A DNA stretch of 62,151 nucleotides, counting the filler, from Jimgerdemannia flammicorona (Eukaryota): NCBI GenBank assembly GCA_003990765.1. It is 2 parts of 2 records of this genome, joined end to end, with 100 filler letters (N's around TTAATTAATTAA, not from the genome) between each part and the next. Parts side by side here need not be neighbours in the genome. Positions count along the whole stretch, not along the records: positions 31,129 to 62,151 come from RBNJ01000413.1; 1 more part is not named here. One strand, 5' to 3'. The notes beneath the pieces are model-generated. The model made no database searches. It worked only from the letters and a program-made list of their open reading frames with translations, and was not told the origin of the DNA. Shown here piece after piece: positions 49,001 to 62,151 of this stretch. A program made the translations under genes and the position numbers. Every line of letters begins with the position of its first letter. The stretch's first letter is position 1.

Positions 49001-50829
49001 GAAAACTAACTGGTTATATTAAGTTGGAGTCAATATAGATATATATCAAGAAGCAACTTCTGGTCTTTACCTTTTATAAATAAAAGCACAAGATACTAAT
49101 TAAGTCAAAAGGATTAAGAAAATAAAGTCAAGCCTCTAAGATAGAATAGTAAGGATATGGAGATATACCCACTACTACTAAGGATGAAAGTGAAGCAAAT
49201 TTTCTACAAGAACTAGAAAGTGATTTTAATATACCTAGAAACTCTAAAGGTAGTCAAGAACATCTTTTTATTAGAGTAATCAATACTGAAAGCTTAGAAG
49301 AAAGTATTGATTAGACTATTAGTAAAGAAGTAGTATGTAAATTTGCAGAACCATCTATACAATCACTACTATCTCTGAAGGAAAACCAAATTATATGAGC
49401 CTTCTGCCTAAATATGTGTAAATACTATAATTATTTCCACTCACTAAGAGATGACTATAGTAACTGTAAAATCCTTAATCTTCAGAAGATTTCAATATCA
49501 GTAATTGAAGATAGGGATGAGTTAAAATGAGCTCTAGTCCTCATATAAACACAACTACCTACCCCCAAAGTTTTCAAGAAGACCTATAAAGAAGAACAGA
49601 AGATCCTCTCTCACCAACCTTTAGAGATTCTCATAGTTGAAGGCAATGCCTATACCATTATCTGAGCTTTTCAGTTCACTCTATCTACTTATGATAAATA
49701 TTAAAGAAGATACTCTACAAGTAAGAAAGTTAAACAGTGAAATGAGAAATTTATCAAGCAAGAATACTGTAATTGTGGAAAGATCTTTATCTATTATTGG
49801 TGTGAATATCAAAGTATTCACCTTAGTAATGATGTCTATAAGAGTCAAGTTAAGATAAAGGACTCTACTCTGCAAGAACCTCAAATCTGCTAGACCTGTC
49901 AAAAATACAAAGAGATCAATTATAAAGGAGATTACAAAGCCAAAAACAAGACCTCTATCTGAAATCTACTATTAGAAATTCTTACTATCATCTATTAGTA
50001 TTGCTGATTATACCAAGGCAAATAAGGAGTTAACTTTACTTTCTTTTTTATAAAAGCCTTAGATCTACTTGGAAAAACTGGATTTAACTATATAAGAAAT
50101 CTAAAGACTGGAGTATATTAGCTATTCTTTAAGCCAGAATGTATAGAATCCTTTTCTGTAGTAGTAACTACTGAGGGATCATTTCTCAAGATTCAGTCAA
50201 TCATTCAAGTTAAACTGCTATCACCTTGGACACAACCCCCTCTTGTATAGATAGAAGAATCAGTAGGATATATATGATCTCTACCTCCTCTATCAGGCAA
50301 TGCTCTGTCCCAGGACCACTAGAATCTTTGACCTTCAGATTGTACTTACTATACCACCTGGACACTATAGACAATTAGCATTAAGATCATCTCTAACAGT
50401 TAAAGAAATTACAATAGAAGGAGTTATTGACCAGGACTACCAAGGTTCTCTGAAAGTCATTATTCACAACAATAGTAGAAACCACTGAGTCTTTAATCCC
50501 TTGGAAGCCATCTATCAGATTCTATTCATCAAGACATTACAGCTCCTATCTAAGAAGTAAACCAACTTAGCAGTATAAAGAGAGGATAAGGAGACTTTGG
50601 AAGTACCAATAGAACCTCTCAATTATCTATTGAAGTTCACTTGACAATAGTAGCTTAGTTCTACCAAATGAAATTACATATCTATCACCCTATCTGAGTA
50701 AGAGAAGATATTCTCCTTCAACTATATTAACAAAGAAGCCTTAATATATATCTACCTATAAATATCAATAACCTGATATTTGAGCTATCAATGGAACTCT
50801 GAGAAAAGTATTAACTTCTCCTGACTGAT
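46051..50829 (+). mobile_element. Ty3/gypsy-like LTR retroelement relic: gag (CCHC), aspartic protease, dUTPase; cut off by a LINE before RT
   Basis: Gag-like SEDVEEFLREIE (about 47125); CFSCRNQDYIQRFC (48018-48059); LIDTRA (48791) and DLILKTNWL; dUTPase motifs. Left boundary uncertain, no LTR identified. Confidence 0.72.
50200..50610 (+). pseudogene. dUTPase domain of the retroelement
   Basis: IPPGHYRQLALRSSL, EGVIDQDYQGSLKVIIHN, RG*GDFGST correspond to trimeric dUTPase motifs 2, 3 and 5. Confidence 0.88.
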
Positions 50830-53800
50830 ATCTTTCTCTGATAACATTCAGATTATATAAGACTCAGACAATACTTTTAATAATATTTTTGGTAAAAAAA
50901 TGATAATAATATAGTGAGCAATGAGTATTCTGAGAAGTGTGCTGGGCAGGGTAGCTCTGGTGCCTTTGACTGGCAATATGTAGAGAGATGATAAGGAGCT
51001 GATTTGGAGATACCAGGTCTCTCTTCATGAGATTGAGGGGCAGATAGTGGTAGAAGAGGAGAAATGAGGCAGCAGAGTAGAGAGAGAGTGACCTTTACAG
51101 ATAAGGTCCAATTGGGGAAACAGATGACTAGACTAGAGAGATGGCTAGAGTTGGAGAAGGGGAAGACAGCTACTAGGGGAAAGGGGAGTGCCTCTCTGGA
51201 GGGTCAGAGTAGTGGGACTAGTGGTATAGGGGCTGAGAGAGTGACTACTGATGGAAGTGTAATGGGCAATCTGAAAAAAAATCTAGACAAGACTGCTGAT
51301 AGTGGACCAGACTGTAGGATGGGCATAAGGCTGAGCAATATGGCTGATGGTGTAATGGGCCTGACAGTGGCCCCATTACTTAAGAAGTTGATCTTAAAGT
51401 TCATAGTTACTCTATATTTCTGGAACTTGGTTGTGATAGTGAAAATGATCTTGGGGCTGATTGCCAAGCAGATAGATGGTATAGCATCTATGAAGTTCCT
51501 GAGGGATTTGGAAGGAGTAGAGGTGGGCTTTGAGAAGATTGGGCTATTAGAGGCCATGATGAAGGGAGGGTTGATGATTAGAGAGATAAATATTTTGATA
51601 GCATAATACTTAAGGTGGGACCCCAGAGTGGTGTAACTTCTGGTGAAAGAAGTATCTATAGTGATAGCTATAGAGATGAGGAGAAGAGTGGAGGAGATCA
51701 TAGTTGAGTATGGAGAGGTAGTTGATATTGGGTTTTGAGTTTGGAAAGAGATCTCTTTTAGAATAGGAGATATTGATGTTCAGATTCAGCTAGCTAGGAG
51801 GGAGGCTACTGGGAAGACTCATGATTGGTCAACAGTAATGATATAGGGGGCCTTTGTGTATAAGGTGACAAGGGTGAAGGGGAGTGAGGAGGAGGAGGAG
51901 GAGGAGGAGGAAGATTTGTTAGAGGTATATATTAGAGGAGCTGAGCAGTACTATAGAGCAGAGAGCAAAGGCCTGGAAGGTTTATGTGGGGTTAATATAC
52001 TTGGAGATAGTGGATGAAAAGCACATCTACATTAATAAGAGGCTGTGGGAGAGGTCTCAAGAATGCAAGAGGCAGAGAGAGCTGCTGGCAAACTTGGAAG
52101 AGAAGGTGAAGAAGAATGCTAGTGACATAGAGGACTCTAGGAGTACTAAGGCAAGTATCTGGACAGGCAAGAGAGGAGAGAATATAGAGAAGGAACCAGT
52201 GTAGGCCAGAAAGGTACTAAGCAATGATCCATATGTGAATGGTACATTTGAAGTCTGAGAGGATACTCCTTCTCTTATTAGAAGAGGTCCAGTCTTGAGA
52301 AGCAGAGAGGCAGAGGATATACCAATACAAGAGGTCCAGAGAGTTTACTTTCAAGTCCCTGCAGTTAAGAAAGGGGGTCTGGTAGTGGTGGTGGATAAGA
52401 AAGAGCTGATTGATGTCCCTGATAAGAAGTGGGATAAGACTGCAAGTATGGGAACAGATACTTTAATATTGGGAGAGGAGAGACTAGCAATACCAGAGGT
52501 GAGAAACTTACAGTAGATGTGTCAGATGATAAATAACTTGGTAGCTGAGGAGTTGGGGGAAGTGGATCTGAGAGTACTTAGTAATGATCAATGGGTATAG
52601 ATCTTGTCAGGCAATAGAGTGGTTGAGACCCTGAAGGTGGAGGTACTTATAGTGCTCTTGGAAGAGAAAGAATATGAGGTTGATAAGATGAGGGAGATAG
52701 AGCTAATGGCCTTTGCTAAAGAGAGAGCTGCCCTCTGGTAGGCAGAGAGATATAGATTGCAGCTTTGGCAGAAAGCTTACTTAGAGTATCATGAGAACTT
52801 TGAGAAAAAGGAGGATAGAGAGCTAGCAGCACTGATGGTGAGATCTAAGAGGGTTGAAGAGAAGGCAGTGGCTGCTGAACATAATTTGGACTTAGTGCAG
52901 GAGGAAATAATAGTAGAGCTGTAGAGAGTGCATATAATCTTTAATATTTCTTCTTATGAATAGTACAACCTTGAATATAAATAGACTGTGAGGATCAATG
53001 TGACAATATAATATTTTTACTTGACTGAAGAAATTAGAGATAGATATCTTTCTGTTATAGAATATTAGATGCAAAGATGACTGAGATGATCTGAATTAGA
53101 TGAAGGAATGGGGAGGGGAGGCAGTATAGAAGAGTAAGGTTGGAATTCTGTTTTGGAGAAGCAGAGGGAAGGTATATGATGTAGGGAGCTGGAGAGATCA
53201 GCTGGTGTAGGGAGAGTGGAGTCAACCAGGTTGGGAGCCAGTTATAGTAGATTTCTGCTACTGCCCTGCTGTAAGGGGTGAGAGAGTGGAGTGGGTAGAA
53301 GGGCTTCATAAGAGTGGAGTCCTTATAGAGACTTGTGTGAACATTCTTGGAGAGAACTTTATTATAGTCTGAGATGTGCTGGTAGATAGGACAGATGGAG
53401 GGTGGGGGGCTGAGAGTAGGAGTAGGAGCTTAGTGATATAAGAGGATGTGGAAAGGTTGAGCTCTTGGATAGATATTGGAAGGAGATTCTGAAGAGATGT
53501 ATATATACTGGACAAATAGCCTGGGAATAAGGATTGACTGGGTGCTAATAGCAGACTGCTGGAGTCTAGATGTTTGGAAGGTACTGGAGGCTGAGTGGTG
53601 TCTATAGTTGAATCATTAGAGACTATTGAAACAGGGTCATTTTGAGGGGAGTGGGAATGGGCCTGGAGATTGATATCTCAACTTCTCTTTATTGACTGAG
53701 AAGGTATTGTGGGACAAGTGGGCTGAGGACATTTAGTAGAGAGTAAAGGGCTGAGTACAAGAGAGTACTCTTATTGGTGTCCAGTGAATATGGTTGAAGT

Positions 53801-56765
53801 AGACTGCTAATGTTTATTAGAGGGAGGCTGGCAAGATGGTGGGCAGATAGAGAAGGAAGAGGGTGACCTAGGCTTCTGCTAGATTAGCTTAGCTTCTAGA
53901 AAATTGAGCAGGTCTTTTGGCCCTAGAGGGGGTAGAGAACTGGTAGTTAGTATGGGCTAAACTAGAGATAGCAGAGTTAAGGCAGGTGTTGAGAGAGGAG
54001 GAGGAGTTACAGATACAGAGTTTGGCTGCACAATTATATTAGCAGGGATTAGAGAAGGGGGAGCAGTCCTCTAAGTATCTTTCCAGAATTCTACAGATAA
54101 GAAGAGTAAGGCAGAGGTGGGAGAGAGTTTTGAACTCTAATGAGATACTGATGCAGAGTTTACAGGACATTTTAGACTTGCTCAAGAAGAGGTAGAGTGG
54201 TTTGTAGAGTAAGGTGGAGGGTAGGGCTGAGGTTACATGCTCTGGAGAATTGGCACTCACTATACATAGATGAGTTGAACAGTTTGAGATTTGCCAGATT
54301 CTTACTGTAACTATACTAGGTATGGTATCTGACAAGGATGGTCTGCTCTGGGACTTTTGAAAGAAGATGCTGAGTATTTCTGAGGTGCTGAGAGAGATGA
54401 TGGTACTGTATGACTTGGTAATATAGTCAGAGAGATGATGGTGCTATATGACTTGGTAATACAGTCAGAGAGATGGGTGGGTGAACAAGATCTGGGGCTG
54501 GTGGCACTGCTTTAATAGAAGAGAGAACTGGAAGAATTGGTGGCCTATCATACTTCTGGATATGAACAGAAAGTTGGTCACTAAGATAGTGATAGTGAGA
54601 ATGCAGAAGGTAGCCTAGTAAGTCTTGGGTGAGAAATAGTGAGGCTTTATAGGTAGCTAGCTTATTAGGGATGGCACAGCTTGGGTGTATAGCATTATTA
54701 AAAGAGCTTGAGCTTGTAGACTAGATGGGAGATTAGTCTTTCTGAATCAGGAGAAGGCTTAATGATTGTGTTTGGCAAGTCTGGTTGGTGAAGGTGTTGG
54801 ATAGGATTAGTATCTTCCAGCAGTTCCAGATGGCAATGATCAGCCTACTAGAAAGGAGTAGAGCAGTGCTCATGTACAATGGGTATTACAGAGTGGCTTT
54901 TTCTCTAGATAGAGATATTCCTCAGAGAGACTGCTGTCCTCTATTTTGTATACTTTATTCTTAGAGTTCCTAATGGACAAAATTTAGAAGAGAGTAGTAG
55001 GGCTCTCAGTATTTAGAATTGTATAGAAAGTTGGGACATTCATAGATGATATGTATAGTGGTTGGTCTGAATTCAGTTATAGATATTATAGAACTCCAGA
55101 AAATGATAGAGTGATATGAAGTATACTCTGAGGTTAAACTCAACTAGTATAAGTGTGAAATAATGGTGTTGGGCAATAGACTGGTAAGAGGAGATGTCAT
55201 TGGAACTATTGTCTTAGCTAGAGAAGCTATGAGGTACTTGGATATCTATCTTTCAATATATGGATCAGTCCTGCTATATATTTGGTAGAAGCAGAGAGTG
55301 GCTATCTGGAGGGAGGCCCTGCAAAGTTGGGGAGACCACTACTTGTCTTTTTTTGTTTTATGGACTCTATGTCCCACAGATTTTTATTGGAAGGGAACCT
55401 AGACTATATAGGCCAAAACTCTCCCCCACCACCCATCAAACACTGCCCCCCCATTAACCTAGACTAGCTATTGTCCAGTGGCTCAACCATGTCAGGCGCA
55501 GCAGGGCAAAGTAGCCTGCACCTCATTCTGCACACCATGCTCTCCCTACCACCAGGGGAAACCCAGTCATATGCCAATGACCAAAAGTGCACACCTGAGA
55601 ACCCAATGTATGTACAAGGCTATGCCCGAGCTGAATAGAATAGCCCCTGCCACCCCAAAGAGAATGACAGGCAAAGAAAAAACCCTCATCAAAGTACAAT
55701 ATGGTGGGTAGGACCTGGTTCTCCCAGTCGAGGTGAGTAGAGGACTTACATGTGAGGTGGGAGGAAACCCCCAATACCCCACTACTCAAGCCTGCAGACC
55801 TCAATCACATTGCTGTGTCAGCTCCCAGTTCCAGTTGAGTGCAGCCAAGATGCCTGAAATGGGTAGCCTCAGGCCCCCCGACCCCCTCTGATGACCGGGA
55901 CCCAACCCTATGGATCACCCAAAGAAGCCGAGAGTGACACCTACCACCTAACTGCACCATACTAATCAAAAGGCCCCACCAAAGCAGCACCCGCCCCAGC
56001 CCTGACAACCACCCCCAGCCTGGCACCCTACTGGTTCACCATAATCACCCTTCCTCCTATCTGTAATGGCCATCTCCCCTCCCAACCCAACATCACCCGA
56101 AAAACAGTCACCTATGCTAGAACTGCACTCACTGGGAAGCTCGCCAAAGCCAGAGGGCCCCGCTACAGATACCGAGAACCTGCAGGTAACCTACACTGAG
56201 CACTTGATGCCCAAGGTCAGCCAACTCTCTATGTAGCCCGAGACACACCGAGACAACTCCTTGTTGGCGATGGCAAAAGGAAGAAGGTACTGCACCAAAA
56301 TGGGTATACCCCAGATACAGCTGAAGGTACCAGAATCTATGAAAAAGTGGAGAAAGCACCAATCTGACACTGATAAAGGGGCAACTCATCACCATTGCCC
56401 TCCTCCCACCATGCCCCTGCAGGCACAGCAAACCAACCTGAGGTAGAGGGGGTAATATTAGGAGAAAGGGGACTCAGAAGGTCGCCTACCAAACCTTGTG
56501 ACCAGTAAGGTAGCAGAGAAAGGAGTGACCACTACTTGTCTTTGGCAGGGTATATTTCAATTTTGAATATCTACTAGCTGTCCAAACTGTAGTATTTGGT
56601 ATATTATCTGGATTTTCCAGCCTAGGTGGTGAAGAGGTTATTGATGTTAGCCAAAGGGTAGATCTGGGCAAGAAGGAGGAGTCAGATTAGTTGGAAAATC
56701 TTATCATTACTATTGGCAAGAGGAGGTCTAAGGCTGGTGGAATTTCTGAAGAGACTGTATTATTT
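50830..56765 (+). mobile_element. L1/Tx1-like LINE with intact 5' end (ORF1 about 50930-52925; ORF2 from about 52956), 3' end missing
   Basis: APE N-terminus TLNINRL...LKKLEIDIFLL; RT KNWWPIILLDMNRKLVTK, FLNQEKA, GTFIDD, MRYLDIYL. Confidence 0.87.
55351..56526 (-). mobile_element. 5'-truncated non-LTR element of a different family inserted in the LINE
   Basis: TSD GACCACTACTTGTCTTT at 55334-55350 and 56527-56543; short A-rich tail and AATAAA on the minus strand; GC-richer and less mutated. Confidence 0.75.
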
Positions 56766-56769
56766 GTAC

Positions 56770-59769
56770 TCCAGTAAACCCTAGCAGCCTCCTTTAACCT
56801 CACCCACTAGACACCAACCATGGCCCCCTCCTACACCCAACCCTCTATTCTCTGCTGAATGTCCTCCATCTACTTATCCCACAAACCCTTCTCAGTCAAC
56901 AAAGAGAATTTGAGGTATCAATGTCTAGGCCCATCCTCACTCTCCTCAAAATATCCCTACCCCAACAGTCTCTAGTAATCAGACCATAGACACCACTCAG
57001 CCTCCAGTGACTTCTAAACATTCAAGCCCCAGCAGTCCACTATTAGTATTCAGTCAATTCTTGTACTCAGACCATTTGTCCAGTATATACATATACCCTC
57101 TGATCACTCTAGAACCCCCTGCTAGCATCTACCAGAGTACTCAATCTCTCTACTTTCTTCTATATCTCCAACCCCTCACTTATGTCTTCCATCCCCCACC
57201 CTCTGTCAGTCCTATCTACCAATATCTCTCAGACTATATTAAAGTCCCCTCCAAGAATATCTACTCCAGCCCTAACAAGGGTCTCACTCTTCAGAAGTCT
57301 CTTTACTCAATCTACTCTCTCACCTTATACAGCAGGGCAGTAGCAGAACTCCACTATAACTGACTCTCAACATGGTCAAACCCACTCTTCCTAAACCAAC
57401 CTGTCCTCCTAGCTTCTTGTATCTTATATCTTCTCTCTGCCTCTTCATACCAGAATTCTAACCAAACTACTACATCTCTCTATTCTGTCATTCATTTCAG
57501 TCTGTCTAAGTCATCTTCATATCTAATATCCTACAGAAGAAAGAGATCAGCCTCTAAGCTCTTCAGCCAAGTAAAAATATTTCAATATCTAACCAAACTC
57601 TGTAGCCCATTCATATTCAAAGAAAAAATATTTGTTGTACTATTTATAAGAAATAATATTAAGAGTCCTGCTTGCTCTCTACAACTCCATATCCATTCTT
57701 TCCTGTGCCAAGTCTAAGTTATATTCCCTAGTCACCTCTTTCTCTTCAACTCTCCTTGCCTCCAATCTAACCAGAAGTTCAGTTAGTTCCCCATCCTCCT
57801 TCTCCTCAAAATTCTCATAATACTCTAGACAGACCTTCTGCCAGAGCTACAATCCATAATACTCTGCCCAATAAAAAATGGCCCACTCACCAGCAGCAAC
57901 TGCCAACTCTGCCCCCCTCTTCTTATTAATCACATACCCTTTCTTCTTCAGGAAAACTGCAAGTATCTCTGCCTTCAGTACCTCCACCACTCTATCACCA
58001 TACAGGATCTGTGCTCAATGCTCATCACTCATCACTCTCAGGTTCACTTCTTCCAACTCTTCAGCTGTAAAGTTGTTCATCATCTGGCACATCTATAGTA
58101 GGTTTCTCACTTTCTTCTCACCTGGAGTTGATGGTCTTTCTTCACTCAGTATCAAGATATCTGCCTCTGTACTCATAATCTTATTCCACTCCTTCTTTAG
58201 GATATCTACCAGTTTATCCTCACTAGTTACCACTATCTGTCCCCCCTTCACTACCTTAGAAACTCCAAAGTGCACTTACTGGACACTGTGCATTGGTATA
58301 TCCTCTGCTGTCTGGCCTCTTATAGCTGGTCTCTGTCTAATAAGAGGAGGAGAAGTATCCTCTCAGACTTCAAATATACCATCTTTATATAGGTTCTTAC
58401 TTGATGCCTTCCTGGCCTCCTCCAGACCTACCTCTACATTCTCTCTACTTCTACTGGCCTAGATACTTGCTTTGACTCCTCCAGTATCCTCACTACCATC
58501 AGCAGCCCTCTTTGTCTTATTCTCTAGTTTTGCTAGCAACTCTCTCTGTCTCTTGTGACCTTGGAACCTCTCCCACATCTCCTTATCTACATAGATGTAC
58601 TTTCTATCAACAATCTTCAAGTGTGTTGACTCCACATATACCTTCTAAGCCCTTACCCTCTACTCTACTATACTACTCAGCTCCTCTAGTACCTCCAACA
58701 GGTCCTCTTTCTCCTCTTCACCTCTTTACTCTCATCATCTTACACATGAAGGCTCTCTACACTATTACTGAAGGCCAATCATGAGCCTTCCCAGTAGTCT
58801 CTCTCTCTGTCAACTAAATCTAGACATCAACATCCCCTATCTAGAAGGAGGTCTCTTCTCAGACCCTGAATCCTACATTGACCACCTCTCTGTACTCAGC
58901 CATGACTTCCTCAACTCTCTTCCTCATCTCTATAGCAGTTACTGTAGAAACTCCTTTTACTAAGAGCTACACCACCCTGGGATCCCACCTCAAGCAGCAT
59001 ACCATCAGGACATATATGTATCTTCTCAACCATCAATCTAGTTTTCAGTATATCCTCCAATGGCCCAGTCTCTTCAAAGCCCACCTCTACTCCTTCCAGG
59101 CTCTTCAGGAACTTAATAGATACCATACCATCCATCTGCTTCATGATCAGCCCCAGGACTATTTTAGCTATCACTGCTAAGCCCCAGAAGCATAAGGTGA
59201 CTATAAACTCCAAGATTGAGTAATAAGGCCACTATCAGGCCCATTATACTATTAGCTAGATCACTAGGTCTCATGCTCTTCCTACAACTTGATCTACTAT
59301 CAGTAGTCCTATCTAGATTTTTTTCCAGATTGCCCATTATGCTCCCATCAGCAGTTACCCCCTCAGCTACTACACTATCAGCTCCACTACCCTGGTCTCC
59401 CAGAGAGACTTCCCCCTGTAGCTACTGCCCTGCATTTTTCACTGTCTTCTTACTCCTCCTCAGCTAATCCTCCAATTCAGTCATCAGCTATCTCCCCTTC
59501 ACCATATCTATAAAGCTTGCCCTTCCACTTCTCTATCCTCTAATACTGCTCTCTCTCCTTCCACATCCTCCTACCAGCAAGCCTCTCATACTTCTCTCCA
59601 AGCCAGGGCCCCTCTCTACATATTGTCAGTCAAATGTACTCAGGCTCCCCTGCTCAGTATATACCTCAGAATATATATTGCTCATCATATTACTAGTATT
59701 GTTTCTCTAAAAATGGTTTCATGAGTGTTGTCAGAAGGTTGTATAATCTGAATATTACTAGAGAAAGAT
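56770..59769 (-). mobile_element. L1/Tx1-like LINE 5' portion (ORF1 + APE)
   Basis: Reverse complement aligns with 50830-53830; 5' end ATCTTTCTC. Confidence 0.83.
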
Positions 59770-60256
59770 ATTGTGCCCCTCTCCTACTATCAGTTATCAT
59801 ATCTGGATTTTTTTTCCAGATTAGCAGTCTCTCCTCTATTAGTAGTCTTCTTCTCTCCCCCAGCTACTACTCTCTCAGTCCTACATTATCACTACCTGAG
59901 GCCACTCTCTTAGGCCCAGCTACCCTCTCTTTCTCCTTGCCTCCTTACAGTCAGCTCTTTAGACTTATTAATATATATCTAGCCTTGACCTTATCAGTAA
60001 AGCTTGCCTTTCTCATCTCTTGTCCATCAGTATCTCTGTTTCCTCCTCTATATCTATCTATAAGAGAGTTTAACAGACTTTCCCCTAGTTTAAGACTCTA
60101 TCCAACATACTGCTAGTTAAATGCACTAGAGCTATTCTGCTCAGTACATATCTCAGAATGATCATTAGTTTTCATATTACTATTACTTTTTCTCCAAAAG
60201 TTGTATCAAAAGTATTGTTAGAAGTTTGTATAACCCAAATAATATTAGAGAAAGAT
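59770..60256 (-). mobile_element. L1/Tx1-like LINE extreme 5' fragment
   Basis: 5' end ATCTTTCTC at 60256; contains the family ATCTGGA-T7-CCAGAT motif. Confidence 0.7.
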
Positions 60257-60274
60257 GTATATCTATACTGACTT

Positions 60275-60671
60275 TTAGTAGTTCTTAATCAGTTTGTTGG
60301 AGGGGAGCAGGGTAGCTTTCTTAGTTAATAGATATAGAGGGGTATCATTCTCTTTAGATAGAGGGATGCTGCAGAGTGATCTACTGTTATCTATTCTCTA
60401 TGCTCTCTCTTTGAAACTCTTGCTAGACCAGATTCAATACAGGATGAGTAGGTTGATAGTACTGAGAGTGAATTAAAAGATAGGGGCTTTTGCAGACAAT
60501 ATAATGATTGGGCTGGGATCTGTAGAAGATATGACTATATTGAAGAAGGTTATAGAGTAGTATGAGGAATACTTAGGTACTAAACTTAACTAATACAAAT
60601 ATAAGACCTTGGTGCTCAATAATGGAGTAGTGAGAGAGAATATAATTGGAATAATTATTCTGACCATAGAT
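60275..60671 (+). mobile_element. L1/Tx1-like RT fragment
   Basis: RGMLQSDLLLSILYALSL, GAFADN. Confidence 0.8.
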
Positions 60672-61975
60672 ACCTTTCTTTGCTGACAATCACATTATAC
60701 AAACTTTACTATATACTTTTGAGTAGTTTAATAGAGAAAGATAATAGTAATATAATAACTAATAAGTAATTTGATAGATATATGGGGTTGGGTAGACCTA
60801 GGACCTTTGACTAGTAATATATTAGAAGAGGATATAGTATAGAGTTGGAGTTCTTCAGCAGTAAAAGTAGACAAGAGGAGCAGGGTGAGAGTTAGCTATC
60901 AGACAGGAGTAGAGAGAGATAGAGACTGATGAGTTTTACAGATAAGATAAAGGCAGAGAATTGGCCCAGAGATACTCAGATTGGTAAGATTAGAGTGAAG
61001 AGAATAGTAAGTACTAAAAGGGCTAGTGGATCATTAGCTGGTAGGGCTGACATAGGGACTAGTGAGGCTGTAGCTAGAAGTAAAAGTAAAATTACTGATA
61101 ATAGTATAACTGGAGATCTGGAAAAAAAATCTAGATATCTACTAATGATGAGGCTGAATAGTTGAGATAAAGAGGGAAGTGGGATCTGATAGATAGTATA
61201 ATAGGCCTGAAAGTAACTCTATTATTCAAGAAGTTAATCTTGGAATTCACTATTATATTATACTTCTAGAGAATAGTAGTAATAGCAAAGATAGTCCTAA
61301 GGCTAATCTTGAAGCAGATAGCTGGAGTAGCTTTAGTAAAGTTCTTATAGGGGCTAAAGAGGGTTGAGATAAGTTTTGAGAAGGCAGAGCTACTAGAAGA
61401 GACCTTGAAGTCTGGATTAATAATTGAGAAGATAGTGATACTAATGGTATGCTGTTTGAGGTGGAACTCCAGAGTGGTTCAGCTTCTAGTAAAAGGAATA
61501 CCCATAGTAATAATAGTTGAGACAAGGAGATAGGTGAAGGAGATAATAGCAGAATATAGCAATATGGTAAATATTAGATTATAGGTCTGAGAGGAGATAA
61601 TGTTCAAAACTAGATATATAGATATCTGGCTTAGGCTCACTAGAAGAGAGACTACTGGGAAGGCTCATGACTGGCCCTTAGTGATAATATAGATAGTATT
61701 CATTTGTAAGATAATAAGAATAAAAAAGAGTAAAAAAGAGGAGAAGAATCTGTTAAAGGCTTTAGAGGAGCTCAGTAGAGCAGTAGAGTATAAGACTATA
61801 GTATAGTAGGCTTATGAGATATCAATATACTTAAAGATAGTAAATGAGAAGAAAATATATATAGATAAGATATTGTAGAAGAAGAGTTAGAAGAGAAAGA
61901 GACAGAAGAACCTATTGATAGACTTGAAAGAGAAATCTATAAGGCTGAAGAGAGCTTGAGAGAAATAAAGACAAG
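60672..61975 (+). mobile_element. L1/Tx1-like LINE 5' UTR + ORF1, heavily mutated
   Basis: 5' end ACCTTTCT; aligns with 50830-52130. Confidence 0.75.
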
Positions 61976-62044
61976 TTGTAACAATTTTACAGTTATATTT
62001 TAGTCTTAGTATTTTTTTATATCTTTTTCTCTAGTTTATTTTTA

Positions 62045-62151
<107 letters not shown>

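Noticed and set aside
51262..51295. 2A-like ribosomal skipping peptide (G-D/N-L-E-K-N-P) in LINE ORF1
   Set aside because: All copies read D rather than G after NP and lack the essential following Pro, so the NPGP motif is absent.

Overview
Eukaryotic, probably fungal, repeat-dense DNA made of two contigs joined by an artificial 100-bp spacer (31029-31128). Contig 1 (1-31028) is a chromosome end. A (CCCTAA)n telomere is followed by a head-to-tail array of a ~5.1-kb two-ORF non-LTR retrotransposon (ORF1, then APE endonuclease-RT-Cys/His ORF2). Every copy has its 5' end toward the telomere, and its 3' end finishes in CCCTAA repeats instead of poly(A). Copies become more C>T/G>A mutated inward. 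They are interleaved with an ~8-kb duplicated block of L1/Tx1-like LINE, Ty1/copia and hAT-MITE fragments, down to a fossil telomere at 29571-29592. An extremely AT-rich spacer and the start of the only likely host gene (possibly CHAT-like) follow. Contig 2 (31129-62151) is a nest of degenerate transposons: two inverted hAT elements (one complete, with TIRs, an 8-bp TSD, a nested MITE and unexplained cargo), many L1/Tx1-like LINEs, and a Ty3/gypsy-like relic encoding a dUTPase. The main candidate novel system is the telomere-tailed APE-type retrotransposon, which appears to extend chromosome ends. All assignments come from motif reading and by-eye alignment; no database searches were run.
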